Shown here: piece by piece, positions 49,001 through 57,612 of the stretch
Numbering within the stretch: position 1 is the stretch's first letter
How the letters are laid out: every line of letters begins with the position of its first letter
Source: a virus
Virus record (IMG/VR): IMGVR_UViG_3300025849_000016
Span: 1 to 64,000 of that record
Strand: one strand, 5' to 3'
DNA: 64,000 nucleotides
The notes under the pieces: generated by a model
What the model was told of the DNA's origin: nothing
The model's database searches: none
The model's input: only the letters and a program-made list of their open reading frames with translations
Position numbers and translations under genes: made by a program

Positions 49001-50666
49001 TTAGTTGAGATGTTTGTATTGTATATGAATCTGTTACTGCTGTTAAGTTAAATGCAAACGATCCTATATTTGATCCTGGAACATCAGATAATTCGTCGTC
49101 TAAAACAGGAATAGTAATTACCTGTGTTGAATTTCCAGCAACATACTGAACTTCTCTATCTACATTTTTTGCTGCACTATTTACAGTAGTTGGTATTATT
49201 CCAGTTAATCTATAAGAAATAATCGGAGTGTCTTCATCAAAACTCATAGTAGTATTATTATCAACTTCATACACATCATCATTGTGTGCTGCACGTTGTG
49301 CAGTTTGCCCTTCATAACCTCTGTTACCGCCCCATATAATTCTTACTGCACCGTTGCCACCGCTTGGTCCAGGAAAACATTGATCAGCATCAGTTCCTGG
49401 CCATTCATAACCTGATGCACCATGACCAAACCAACCTGTTGAGCTAGTAATATTTGAACCGTATTTTTGGTATACTAAAGATCCTGTAGATCCATTTGAA
49501 CCTTTAAATCCGTTAACATTGTTGCCGCCTATACTATTTTGACAAACTTGCCATAGTCCTGTGCCTCCGCCACATTGTCTATACCCTCCGGCACCTCCGC
49601 CACCAGATCCGTCAAGTCCGTATGGTTCTGTACCACTTCTTGGCCCGGCTGCACCTCCGGCTCCGTTATATCCTCCTGCGCCGCCTCCGCCGCCAGGTGA
49701 TCCTTGAGTAATAGTTCCGTCGAGTTGAGTTACTCTTTCTGTACCGCCGCCATTACCTCCAACTCCGCCGCCTTTAGGTGACAATGATGCATCAACAACA
49801 TATTGACCGCCGCTGGCTAATGAACTATAACTATTAAACGACGAAGTACCACCGCCGCTGCCGCCACATGCTGCCATAAATTGACAAGTGTTTCCTATAT
49901 GACATATACGTGTAGGTTCTCCATTAGATCCTACATTACCTACTTGTCCAGTTCCTCCTGCTCCAACTTCTATTTTAATTTGATCCCCCGGAGTAACTGA
50001 AGATGTACCCCAAGCAAGGCCGCCGCCTCCGCCACCTTTACCCCAAAATGTTTCAAGTTGCGTTCCGTATGCTCCGCCACCGGCTCCTCCGCCACCGATT
50101 GCTACCATACTTATTTCACACACTCCATTAGGAATTTCCCAATTATAAGTGCCTGGAGAAGTATAAGCAACTTGACCTTGCGGTTGTAATCCAGTAACTT
50201 CAAATGTTTTTAAAATAGGTATAACAAAAGACTGTTCTGCATTATCTAAAACGACAGATGTAGCATTTGCTGCATCTATAGTTACATTTTTGTTGTATGT
50301 AATTGCGCCATTAGGCGCTGATCTAATTTCAAATCTTCGACTATATGCATATACTTCGTTATTTACTGTTGCTTTTAATTTATAAAATTGATTTTGAAAG
50401 CTATCATCTGTTTCAATTGTTAATACAGTATAATTATTGTTTGAATCATTAGTACCGTAATTTTCAAAAGTAAATGCCGGAACATTTACAATAGTACTAG
50501 CAGTATCTTGCTCAATTGAATATGTAACTGATTTTCTATTTGATATAATTCCTACCTTAATTTGAGAGTTAATAGGTATTATTATTTCATTTAATTTTGT
50601 TTCAAATTCAATTGTTCCAGAAGTACCACTTGAAGAAACAATGCCAATTATACCAATATCAGACAT
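46005..50666 (-). CDS. Multidomain adhesin/fibre protein: two glycine-rich domains, Calx-beta/Ig-like repeats, cupredoxin-like domain
   Basis: W..P.GV..IS.V.I.GGG.G...G..RIIWG x2; SV.EG repeats; THPFYIK...FYQCGTHSSMSG. Confidence 0.7.
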   Translation of the reverse strand: MSDIGIIGIVSSSGTSGTIEFETKLNEIIIPINSQIKVGIISNRKSVTYSIEQDTASTIVNVPAFTFENYGTNDSNNNYTVLTIETDDSFQNQFYKLKATVNNEVYAYSRRFEIRSAPNGAITYNKNVTIDAANATSVVLDNAEQSFVIPILKTFEVTGLQPQGQVAYTSPGTYNWEIPNGVCEISMVAIGGGGAGGGAYGTQLETFWGKGGGGGGLAWGTSSVTPGDQIKIEVGAGGTGQVGNVGSNGEPTRICHIGNTCQFMAACGGSGGGTSSFNSYSSLASGGQYVVDASLSPKGGGVGGNGGGTERVTQLDGTITQGSPGGGGGAGGYNGAGGAAGPRSGTEPYGLDGSGGGGAGGYRQCGGGTGLWQVCQNSIGGNNVNGFKGSNGSTGSLVYQKYGSNITSSTGWFGHGASGYEWPGTDADQCFPGPSGGNGAVRIIWGGNRGYEGQTAQRAAHNDDVYEVDNNTTMSFDEDTPIISYRLTGIIPTTVNSAAKNVDREVQYVAGNSTQVITIPVLDDELSDVPGSNIGSFAFNLTAVTDSYTIQTSQLSLGVQSNPNQPIREIGFLSTTYSVDEGNSLTVTLLRTSIRNGTTDLSKPVTVYWAIRGENVGDVADSRWSSTTGSTVIPAGQSEASFIVSVNPQNTDAASITNIIEITSINDSRYTVLGDSIITINNLYKLIRVESSVILTEGTTGNIDLTRIFKRNGLDTTPSDSTDISWSFGTALNDDRVSVTSGIVTILGTSLTNSISIPISSEPGLQTSTFNTIRILSATNNYIIDINNNVCNVRINDTISEIKTMTIVTPNISVNEGSTFTITLEREHLVDGISSLTDTPTIAWSLTNTDNRFIGTSGISRFVTGENQLVITIETEQTDVYIGNAVATFTIYNPSLLYELNDVTSIDLTLIEDNEEPTISVNFSDTIFRAGQSISATVTTESVISGSTYFYLINHISTSNFDFYRDTTLPITFNIVNTLSDYYTFTGNGLLNFNNPVLTLIRGRTYRFSVNTPTHPFYIKTDQVTGNGNLYSSGITGQGVTSGVLEFTVPNTAPSRLFYQCGTHSSMSGQIDIVSESLQSEPFYLQGNSGSFTLETVADAEISEDTFTVSIVNNLGNTVFTSDELTIKPTVEFRISPLVYDEGSIVFANIDCATNGTHSWAVSGTGIDNSDFIVALSGIFAPEVNTSQYGYTSTIQLPISNDAVSEGVENFKITVTDPDSNVFNSSNITINDTSETPSTGTQTFTTSQEWVVPGGVTSISAVVIAGGGGGAGHATAGTNGINNTGSGGGGGGGALAWAESISVTPGETLSLTVGAGGSAGAASLPAAGDGGDSSIKRGSTILLGAEGGGGGRQTWDTFTPPTTSTGGNSSNGGLGGTTLVYSSDAQTNNYGGGFGGNGGDTDGQRGGGGGGAGGYQGNGGAGAGKVSSNPGNGSGGGGGGAHESTNFYYTSYGQGYYDPTTGGGGGGVGVNGVGTSGNAGTQGASGSYTSDKNGTGGSGGANGGATGGEFGGGGGGSSGGNSNGIPDDFGASGSRGVIRIIWGAGYSYPNNAI

Positions 50667-50674
50667 TAAAACTC

Positions 50675-51601
50675 CTAACTAAAATTCTGGCCAGCAACAA
50701 ACCCATAAAATCCGACGCCACTATCAACAGATAATAATGTAATAATATCTTTGCCGCTAGATGTTAAAGTAGGTGGCGATCCTTGTGACCAAATAATATT
50801 ATTAGGCCAAGTTATATCATGTGTTGCAGTATTTGTAATAATAAGTGTTATAGTTGATCCTGCGTTAGAAGCATTTAATAAACTAAGATTAGTAATATTA
50901 TTATTTAAATTAATTGCAAATACATTAGATGTTGCTAAATCTAAATCTAATGATCCAGTAGATGACTCTAGTGTAATAGCAGGTTCATTACCTGCACCTT
51001 TTACTTTTATGTATCCGTTCATATCAGATCTAACTTCACTTTGGTATACATATGTTCCAGCTGCATTTACTGGTATTTGCCAGTATAACGATCCAGAGTT
51101 CTTACCTTGAGCTGAAATTCCTTGTAATACAGTTCCGTTATCAGCAACATGATATAATCCATCATTAAAATCGCTACCGGTAATATCTTGTATTCTTACA
51201 GCATCACCTGCTGTATTAAGATCAAATCTTATAGTAGTTCCAGAAAATGCAGTTATATTAGGATTATTAGAATTTTCTGGATCTTCAGCTATTCTATAGT
51301 TTGTACTCGAAGTAGATAAAGTAAAAGCAGCAGCACACGGGAATGCAATTTGTCTATATTTTAGAGAAGTGTTTACAAAAAAAGTACCATTATAAAATAT
51401 CATATCTCCTGATTCAAGATCTGAAAATCCTACATCAGTTAAACTTACCATTGACGTAGAGCCACCGCCACCACCGCCAGTTGCGCCACCTAATGACGTT
51501 GCCTTCCATAAATTTTTAGCTAATACATATGTGTACAAAGTATTAGATGCTATAAATTCCTGTCCATCTGTTGGATTGCTTGGAAAGTTTATTTGAGCCA
51601 T
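50675..51601 (-). CDS. Fibre-associated protein with ligand-less cupredoxin-like domain
   Basis: INFPSNPTDGQ N-terminus; NP.IT...GTTIRFDL...YVYQSEVRSDMNG; C-terminal ITWP..I.W..G.PPTLT; two TAAATA motifs at 51620-51645. Confidence 0.6.
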   Translation of the reverse strand: MAQINFPSNPTDGQEFIASNTLYTYVLAKNLWKATSLGGATGGGGGGSTSMVSLTDVGFSDLESGDMIFYNGTFFVNTSLKYRQIAFPCAAAFTLSTSSTNYRIAEDPENSNNPNITAFSGTTIRFDLNTAGDAVRIQDITGSDFNDGLYHVADNGTVLQGISAQGKNSGSLYWQIPVNAAGTYVYQSEVRSDMNGYIKVKGAGNEPAITLESSTGSLDLDLATSNVFAINLNNNITNLSLLNASNAGSTITLIITNTATHDITWPNNIIWSQGSPPTLTSSGKDIITLLSVDSGVGFYGFVAGQNFS

Positions 51602-51643
51602 TTGTTGTTCTCCTAACTATATTTATTGAATTAGTTGTATTTA

Positions 51644-54583
51644 CTATGAAGCGTTGTCCGGGAAAGATCTTCCTGCGCCCCAGATAATTCTCACTGCTCC
51701 CGGTGCTCCGTTTTCGTGCCCGCCGCCTTTTCTAGCATAACCTCTGCCGCCTCCCCCATAGATATTTGTTCCGGCAGTAGAAGTTCTTGCTGAGCCGCTG
51801 CTTCCGCCTGTACCGTTAAGACTTAATTCAGTGCCTGCAACACCACTGTCTCCTTCTCCAAAAATGCCAACGCCGCCGCCGGCACCAGTTGTCGAGGCGG
51901 TAGCAAATCCGCCACCGCCTCCACCGCCTGCTCCGTTAGAGGGAGTGTTTGACCAGCGTTTTCCTCGGCCGCCATTGCCTGAATATCCGGCAGCTCCGCC
52001 ACCACCACCACCGTTTTGGGCATTAAAGGATCTATCACCAGATGCGCCGCCAATGCCGCCACCATCTCTTTCGGCACCAGAACTTGTTCCTCCTTGGCCA
52101 TTAGTTTGTGCATCTGACCAATAAGTAGTGCCGCCGGATCCCCCGCCGCCTTCTAATAAAGTTGTCAATCCTTGTATAATTGCACTATCTCCGCCAGATA
52201 CGCCAGGTCTGCCAACGCCGCCGCCTCCGCCTACCTGAATGTCTAAAGTTTCGCCAGGCGTTACTGCAAATGTACCATATGCAAGGCCTCCGCCTGCTCC
52301 GCCGCCACCGGCTTGGCCATATACATTAACTGTAGTGCCTTGACCACCGCCACCTCCGCCGCCGATGACTACTGCACTTACCGAAGTCACACCTAACGGA
52401 ACAGTCCAACTAGTAACTAAATTAGTTGTATCTGATGTAGTAGTAAATATTACCTCTCCTGGTGCTGGCATGGATTCTATTGTTCCACTCATACTGATAT
52501 GAATACCGCACTGATAGTAAAAGTTACCCGTATCTTGTATAACCCAATTAATTATTCCGTTAGCAGTTCCGTTACTTAAAATTCCAACTACTTGGTCATT
52601 TGTTCCTATAACTGGTGCCGTTTTTATATAAAACGGATGCCCGGGTGAATTTACAATAAATCTTACCGAATCACCGGATTGAAAGGTTAGGCTTGGATCA
52701 TTGCCACTTACTGCGCCGTTTCGATCAGTACCTGTAAGTATATAATGAGATGCGCCGCTATTTGTTACTGATATAGTAAAGTCGGGTGGCGGTTCATATG
52801 TAGTTTCAAACCCGTTTGAATCTGCTAATGCTACATTAGTTGAGGGGAATTGTCTATTTGACCCCCAAATAATTCTTACTGCACCGCCGCCACCAGATGT
52901 ATTTTCTAAACCAGGATATGAAGTTGTATAATCACTACTAGTACTAGCTCTTCTATATGTAACACCGCCGCCGCCGCCATATTCGCCCCCATTTGCTTGA
53001 GCGCCTGATGCGCCTACGGCGCCTAGATCACCACCAGAGCCGCCACCACCTGCTTCTATAGAAGTAGCCGAATTGGCAAGGCCACCTGCGCCATTTGCAC
53101 CTTGTCCATAAACTCCAACACCACCACCGCCGGCGCTCTGTGCGTCCCCAGTAAAATTAACATTACCTGAGCTATAATGGCCAGCACCACCACCACCACC
53201 GCCAGTGCCTGGTTCACCAGGATCTAAAACTATAGTGGTGGCAGGATTCTGTCCATGTTCGCCTGCATGGCCGCCATCGCCAGAATATCCGCCGGCGCCA
53301 CCACCTGATTTTGATGCCGTTACATATCCGCCGCCTTGACTGCCGTATCCGCCTCTGCCGCCGCCTGATCCAATCCATTCATTGCCAGCATACGTTCTAG
53401 CTTGGCCGGCAGATCTGCCGCCAGAAGCTTTTACTGTTGATGTACTTATAAAATAACTTTGTTCAGATTGCGTTTCAACAGTACCAGTTGAGGTATTTGT
53501 TCCGCCAGCACCTACTACAATATCATACTCTTGACCAGGTATAACAGGTATAGAATTTTTCCAAGCTAGAGAGCCACCCATACCGCCGTAAGTGTTATAA
53601 TCGCCAACACCGCCACCGCCGACAACAACAGTAGATACTAATGTTACATTGTCTGGCGCAGTCCATGTATACGTGCCAGGAGTATCATATAGTATACCTC
53701 CATAGACTGCTGTAGCATTAATTGTACCAGTCATTGATCCGTGGTATTGACAAATGTAATAGAAAGTAGATACTGTATGCACAGTCCATCGAATTGTACC
53801 GCTAGTTGTACCATTATTTGGTATTTCGCTTCCGTCAATAGTAATTGTATCTCCTACATCAGTATTTGCTACTGTTTTAAGAAAAAATGGATGACCTGAA
53901 GCATTAACTACAAAATCTACAACATCACCTAAATAAAATGTTAAGGTTGGATTAGATCCACTTACTGCGCCGTTTCGATCAGTACCAGACATTGTATAAG
54001 CTGAAGCACCAGAGTTAGTTACATTAATTGTATAATCAGCTAGGGAATCATCTACAGGTGTAGTACTAGTATCAGTAATAGTAAACACAGCCGAAGTAGC
54101 ATTAGTAGGGTTTCCTAACGAGTCAGTAGAATCTAAAGAAAGAGTTGCTGTTTCAATATCTTCAGTAGTTAAATCAGATTTTGCTATTAATGTTACAGTT
54201 GCAATACCGTTGTATATAATTGCAGTTCCTTGAAAAGATCCACCTGTAACATCAGAACTACTAATCCCTTCCCATAAATAACCAACTGATGTGCCATCTG
54301 TTACTCCAGTTGTAGATATAGTAACAGTCATAGTATCGCCTTCGTCTACAGCGCCGCCAATTGGATTTTTAATTAAAGTATAAGTAGGAGTGCCTGAATA
54401 ATAACTAGTTTCTGTTAGAGCTTTCCAATCTCCAGTATTTGTTTTTTTTATATAAAATAAATTTTCAGATGAAACATATATAATAGTACCGATATCTCTA
54501 TTGTTAGCAGATAAATCATTTAATGCAGTAATTGTTTCAACACCTTCTCTTGATAACGATTTTTTAGAAGAATACTTTGCCAT
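51644..54583 (-). CDS. Adhesin/fibre protein: Calx-beta-like domain plus two (cupredoxin-like + glycine-rich) units
   Basis: GHPFFLK...YYICQYHGSMTG and GHPFYIK...YYQCGIHISMSG, each followed by a Gly-rich domain ending GAVRIIWG. Confidence 0.7.
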   Translation of the reverse strand: MAKYSSKKSLSREGVETITALNDLSANNRDIGTIIYVSSENLFYIKKTNTGDWKALTETSYYSGTPTYTLIKNPIGGAVDEGDTMTVTISTTGVTDGTSVGYLWEGISSSDVTGGSFQGTAIIYNGIATVTLIAKSDLTTEDIETATLSLDSTDSLGNPTNATSAVFTITDTSTTPVDDSLADYTINVTNSGASAYTMSGTDRNGAVSGSNPTLTFYLGDVVDFVVNASGHPFFLKTVANTDVGDTITIDGSEIPNNGTTSGTIRWTVHTVSTFYYICQYHGSMTGTINATAVYGGILYDTPGTYTWTAPDNVTLVSTVVVGGGGVGDYNTYGGMGGSLAWKNSIPVIPGQEYDIVVGAGGTNTSTGTVETQSEQSYFISTSTVKASGGRSAGQARTYAGNEWIGSGGGRGGYGSQGGGYVTASKSGGGAGGYSGDGGHAGEHGQNPATTIVLDPGEPGTGGGGGGAGHYSSGNVNFTGDAQSAGGGGVGVYGQGANGAGGLANSATSIEAGGGGSGGDLGAVGASGAQANGGEYGGGGGVTYRRASTSSDYTTSYPGLENTSGGGGAVRIIWGSNRQFPSTNVALADSNGFETTYEPPPDFTISVTNSGASHYILTGTDRNGAVSGNDPSLTFQSGDSVRFIVNSPGHPFYIKTAPVIGTNDQVVGILSNGTANGIINWVIQDTGNFYYQCGIHISMSGTIESMPAPGEVIFTTTSDTTNLVTSWTVPLGVTSVSAVVIGGGGGGGQGTTVNVYGQAGGGGAGGGLAYGTFAVTPGETLDIQVGGGGGVGRPGVSGGDSAIIQGLTTLLEGGGGSGGTTYWSDAQTNGQGGTSSGAERDGGGIGGASGDRSFNAQNGGGGGGAAGYSGNGGRGKRWSNTPSNGAGGGGGGGFATASTTGAGGGVGIFGEGDSGVAGTELSLNGTGGSSGSARTSTAGTNIYGGGGRGYARKGGGHENGAPGAVRIIWGAGRSFPDNAS

Positions 54584-55932
54584 TATGAATAATCCTGTTC
54601 TTGCACAACACTATCTGTATTTGCTGCATTAGTTGCAGGGAAATTACGGGCAGCTCCCCATATTATTCTTACTGCGCCGCCTGCTCCGTTTTTTCCAAAA
54701 CCTGCTGCTGTGTTAGTAGTTACGGCTGTCCCACTACCGCCGCCACCTGGAAACCCACCTGCTCCTGTATCACCATTACCGCCACCAGATCCGCCGCCTC
54801 CACCGCTTCGGAGTACCGGAGTTCCGTCTAATCCAAGTCCGTTAAATCCTGTTCCACCGCCGCCAGACAACCCCGGGGATGAAATAGATTCACTACCACC
54901 TGCGCCACCGCCGCCTATACCTGCTGTTCCATTTTGTCCATTTACTGGAAGATTTTGAATAAATGACGAGCTTCCACCTGTGCCGCCAGCACCGCCATAT
55001 CCACCGGCCCCTCCGCCACCGCCACCTGTACTTCCAACACTTGTTGCTCCACTTCCGCCATCGCCTCCAGAATATGCTGAATTTAGTCCAGCAACACCGC
55101 CGCCTGCACCAGCAGTACCAAACGATCCGCCCTGACCACCTGATGCTTCTATCAGTACTTGTCCGTTTCCAGTTTTTGAAACTCTAGTGAATCCACCGTT
55201 AGAACCTGGAAAGTTTCTTACACCTCCGCTGCCTCCAGTACCAACTGTAATTGTTAGTGATGACCCGTCATTTTCAACATTATTAACATAAGATAGTGTA
55301 CCACCGCCTCCGCCTGCACCAGATGTATTAGTTGAAGATTGCATACCAGAACCGCCGCCACCTGCTCCTACACAAACAATATGTATTAATTCAGGAGTTC
55401 CTTGAGGAGGAACCCATGTATACACACCCGGCTTTGTCCAAATTGCTCCGCCATCTGCTGCTGTAGTAACTGTTTGAGAAAGTAATAACAATACATCTTT
55501 TGATACAGTATTAATCCCGTCAGTAACAGTTACTCTAATAAGTTTTTCACAAGTGTCTGTTGTTATAATAGGTGTAATAACTAATACACCTGTATCTATG
55601 TCAAATGTTAATGAATCAACCGGATCTGTACCTGTGTTATCGCTAGTAAATGTTGGATAAGATAATTCATAATTTAATAAGGCACCCTCAGGATCTGTTA
55701 CGCCAAAGTCTAAAGTTGTAGTAGCACCTGCTTGTTCTAAAAATACTGTTGCATCTATTCTATTATTCCATGTAGGAGCAATATTAGATGTTTCAACATA
55801 CCCCCACTCATCTCCGTCCCATAGAAATACTTCTCCGGATATAAAAGATTTACTACCGTCTGGTACTCCGATACTAGGCAAGCTGCCTATGTACTCTCGT
55901 TGATACTGTTTTCGATCGCTGTAGTTTGCCAT
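54583..55932 (-). CDS. Adhesin/fibre protein: cadherin/Ig-like domain plus glycine-rich domain
   Basis: NIAPTW...TDPEG...VTDGIN; PGVYTWVPP...VGAGGGG...GAVRIIWG. Confidence 0.7.
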   Translation of the reverse strand: MANYSDRKQYQREYIGSLPSIGVPDGSKSFISGEVFLWDGDEWGYVETSNIAPTWNNRIDATVFLEQAGATTTLDFGVTDPEGALLNYELSYPTFTSDNTGTDPVDSLTFDIDTGVLVITPIITTDTCEKLIRVTVTDGINTVSKDVLLLLSQTVTTAADGGAIWTKPGVYTWVPPQGTPELIHIVCVGAGGGGSGMQSSTNTSGAGGGGGTLSYVNNVENDGSSLTITVGTGGSGGVRNFPGSNGGFTRVSKTGNGQVLIEASGGQGGSFGTAGAGGGVAGLNSAYSGGDGGSGATSVGSTGGGGGGAGGYGGAGGTGGSSSFIQNLPVNGQNGTAGIGGGGAGGSESISSPGLSGGGGTGFNGLGLDGTPVLRSGGGGGSGGGNGDTGAGGFPGGGGSGTAVTTNTAAGFGKNGAGGAVRIIWGAARNFPATNAANTDSVVQEQDYS

Positions 55933-55941
55933 TATTACTCT

Positions 55942-57612
55942 CTATACTATATTATCTGGAAACGATTTATTAGCTCCCCAAACAATTCTAACTGCTCCAT
56001 TACTACCGCCTCCTGCAGATCTTGTACCGGCGGTATAATATGCATACATAGTTCCGCCCGATCCTCCACCTCCATATGTTGCAGATGTTTTTACCGATCC
56101 AGCGCCGCCGTTTTGTGGAGTTCCGTAGTTTAAATTGTAGTCATATACTCCTCGTGTACCACTTGTGCCTTCTCCAAGTGTTCCGGTACTTCCGCCATTG
56201 CCACCAGTTTGAGAAAAACCGCCAGCATACTGATAATCGTCTGAACAAGCACCTCCGCCGCCACCGCCACTTCCGTTACTGCCTTGGTTGGGTCCGCCGG
56301 AGCCACCATTGCCTGAATATCCGCCAGCTCCGCCACCGGCGCCGCCGTCCCAACCATTTGAAATTCCAAAGCCATTTCCGCCGTTGCCGCCGCCACCTGA
56401 CACTGTGCCACTTCCTCCTATATAAGTGCCGCCATTTACTGTTGACGAGTTACCGCCGTTGCCACCATTACCCTGAGCGTAAGTTACACTATTGTATCTA
56501 ATTAGACTATTGCTTCCATTTTGTCCATTTGTACGACCTGACCGTTGTGCATCTCTTGCACCTCCGCTGCCTCCGGCACCTACTACAATTTCGACTGTGT
56601 CTCCTGGAGTTACTGATAACGCATTAAAATAACCTAACCCACCACCTGCGCCGCCAGCCGCAGTTACTTGTGTTCCTGAACTTGTTCCTCTACTACACAT
56701 CCCACCGCCACCGCCACCGATAGCTACTCCGCATATAGATGTAACACCTTCTGGTACAGTCCAACTAAACGTACCGGGACTAGAAAAAGCAGCAGATCCG
56801 CTCGGTACTGTAGCACTACTGTCATTAATAGCAACTTCAGCAGTTGCTAAACCGTTATTTAAACTTATTGTAAATGTTTCATCACCTTCACCAATACTTG
56901 CATCTTCAACAATATTAAATTGTTTAGTGCTAGATCCGACTGCATCGATTGTAAAAGATCCAGTAAGAGATTCTTCTCCTGGTGCTTCTAAATCTTCTGA
57001 TTGTATGCCTGTAATTGTATACGGCAATACAGTTCCTTGAGAAACATTTTGAGTTGCTAGTTGTATTGTAAATGAATTACCTTCATTTACAGTAGTAACA
57101 CTTGGAGTTAATGTGTAAGTTGGAACAGGTGTTGTACTAGTATCTGCAATTGTTATTAAAATACTATCTTGGTCGTTATCTAAACTTAGTATTAATACTT
57201 TATCTCCGTCAGTACTAGAGTCTTCTGTAACATTAAATTGAACCTGTGCTGAATTATTAATTATAGTAAATATTCCAGTTAATGGCACATTTCCAATATC
57301 AGCCGAAGTAACTGAGCCTGTAATGCTCCAGCCAATTGTTGTATTACTTTCAATATTAGTTGTTTGTAAATTAATAACAATTGTATCGCCTTCATCTACT
57401 GTTTTATCATCTGCTGTCAAATTATATGTTTGCACTAATAAAGAATCAGGAGCATCTAATAAATTAGTTTCTACCCAAAAATTACCATTCCAAAGATATA
57501 TATCATCGTTAACAATGTATCGATCGCCGATTAAATTATTTGTTAATGGGAGATTTTCTCTAGATGTTAAAACTGGAAGTTCAAAATATTTTTCAGCACT
57601 ATAACGTGTCAT
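55942..57612 (-). CDS. Adhesin/fibre protein: two Calx-beta-like repeats plus glycine-rich domain
   Basis: TV(D/N)EG...L.T.N repeats; PGTFSWTVPEGVTSI..VAIGGGGGG...GAVRIVWG. Confidence 0.7.
   Translation of the reverse strand: MTRYSAEKYFELPVLTSRENLPLTNNLIGDRYIVNDDIYLWNGNFWVETNLLDAPDSLLVQTYNLTADDKTVDEGDTIVINLQTTNIESNTTIGWSITGSVTSADIGNVPLTGIFTIINNSAQVQFNVTEDSSTDGDKVLILSLDNDQDSILITIADTSTTPVPTYTLTPSVTTVNEGNSFTIQLATQNVSQGTVLPYTITGIQSEDLEAPGEESLTGSFTIDAVGSSTKQFNIVEDASIGEGDETFTISLNNGLATAEVAINDSSATVPSGSAAFSSPGTFSWTVPEGVTSICGVAIGGGGGGMCSRGTSSGTQVTAAGGAGGGLGYFNALSVTPGDTVEIVVGAGGSGGARDAQRSGRTNGQNGSNSLIRYNSVTYAQGNGGNGGNSSTVNGGTYIGGSGTVSGGGGNGGNGFGISNGWDGGAGGGAGGYSGNGGSGGPNQGSNGSGGGGGGACSDDYQYAGGFSQTGGNGGSTGTLGEGTSGTRGVYDYNLNYGTPQNGGAGSVKTSATYGGGGSGGTMYAYYTAGTRSAGGGSNGAVRIVWGANKSFPDNIV

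Noticed and set aside
46052-56501. Pro-rich + strand ORFs and alternative-frame ORFs over the Gly-rich genes
   Set aside because: Antisense or frame shadows of GGN codon runs; no RBS or promoter support
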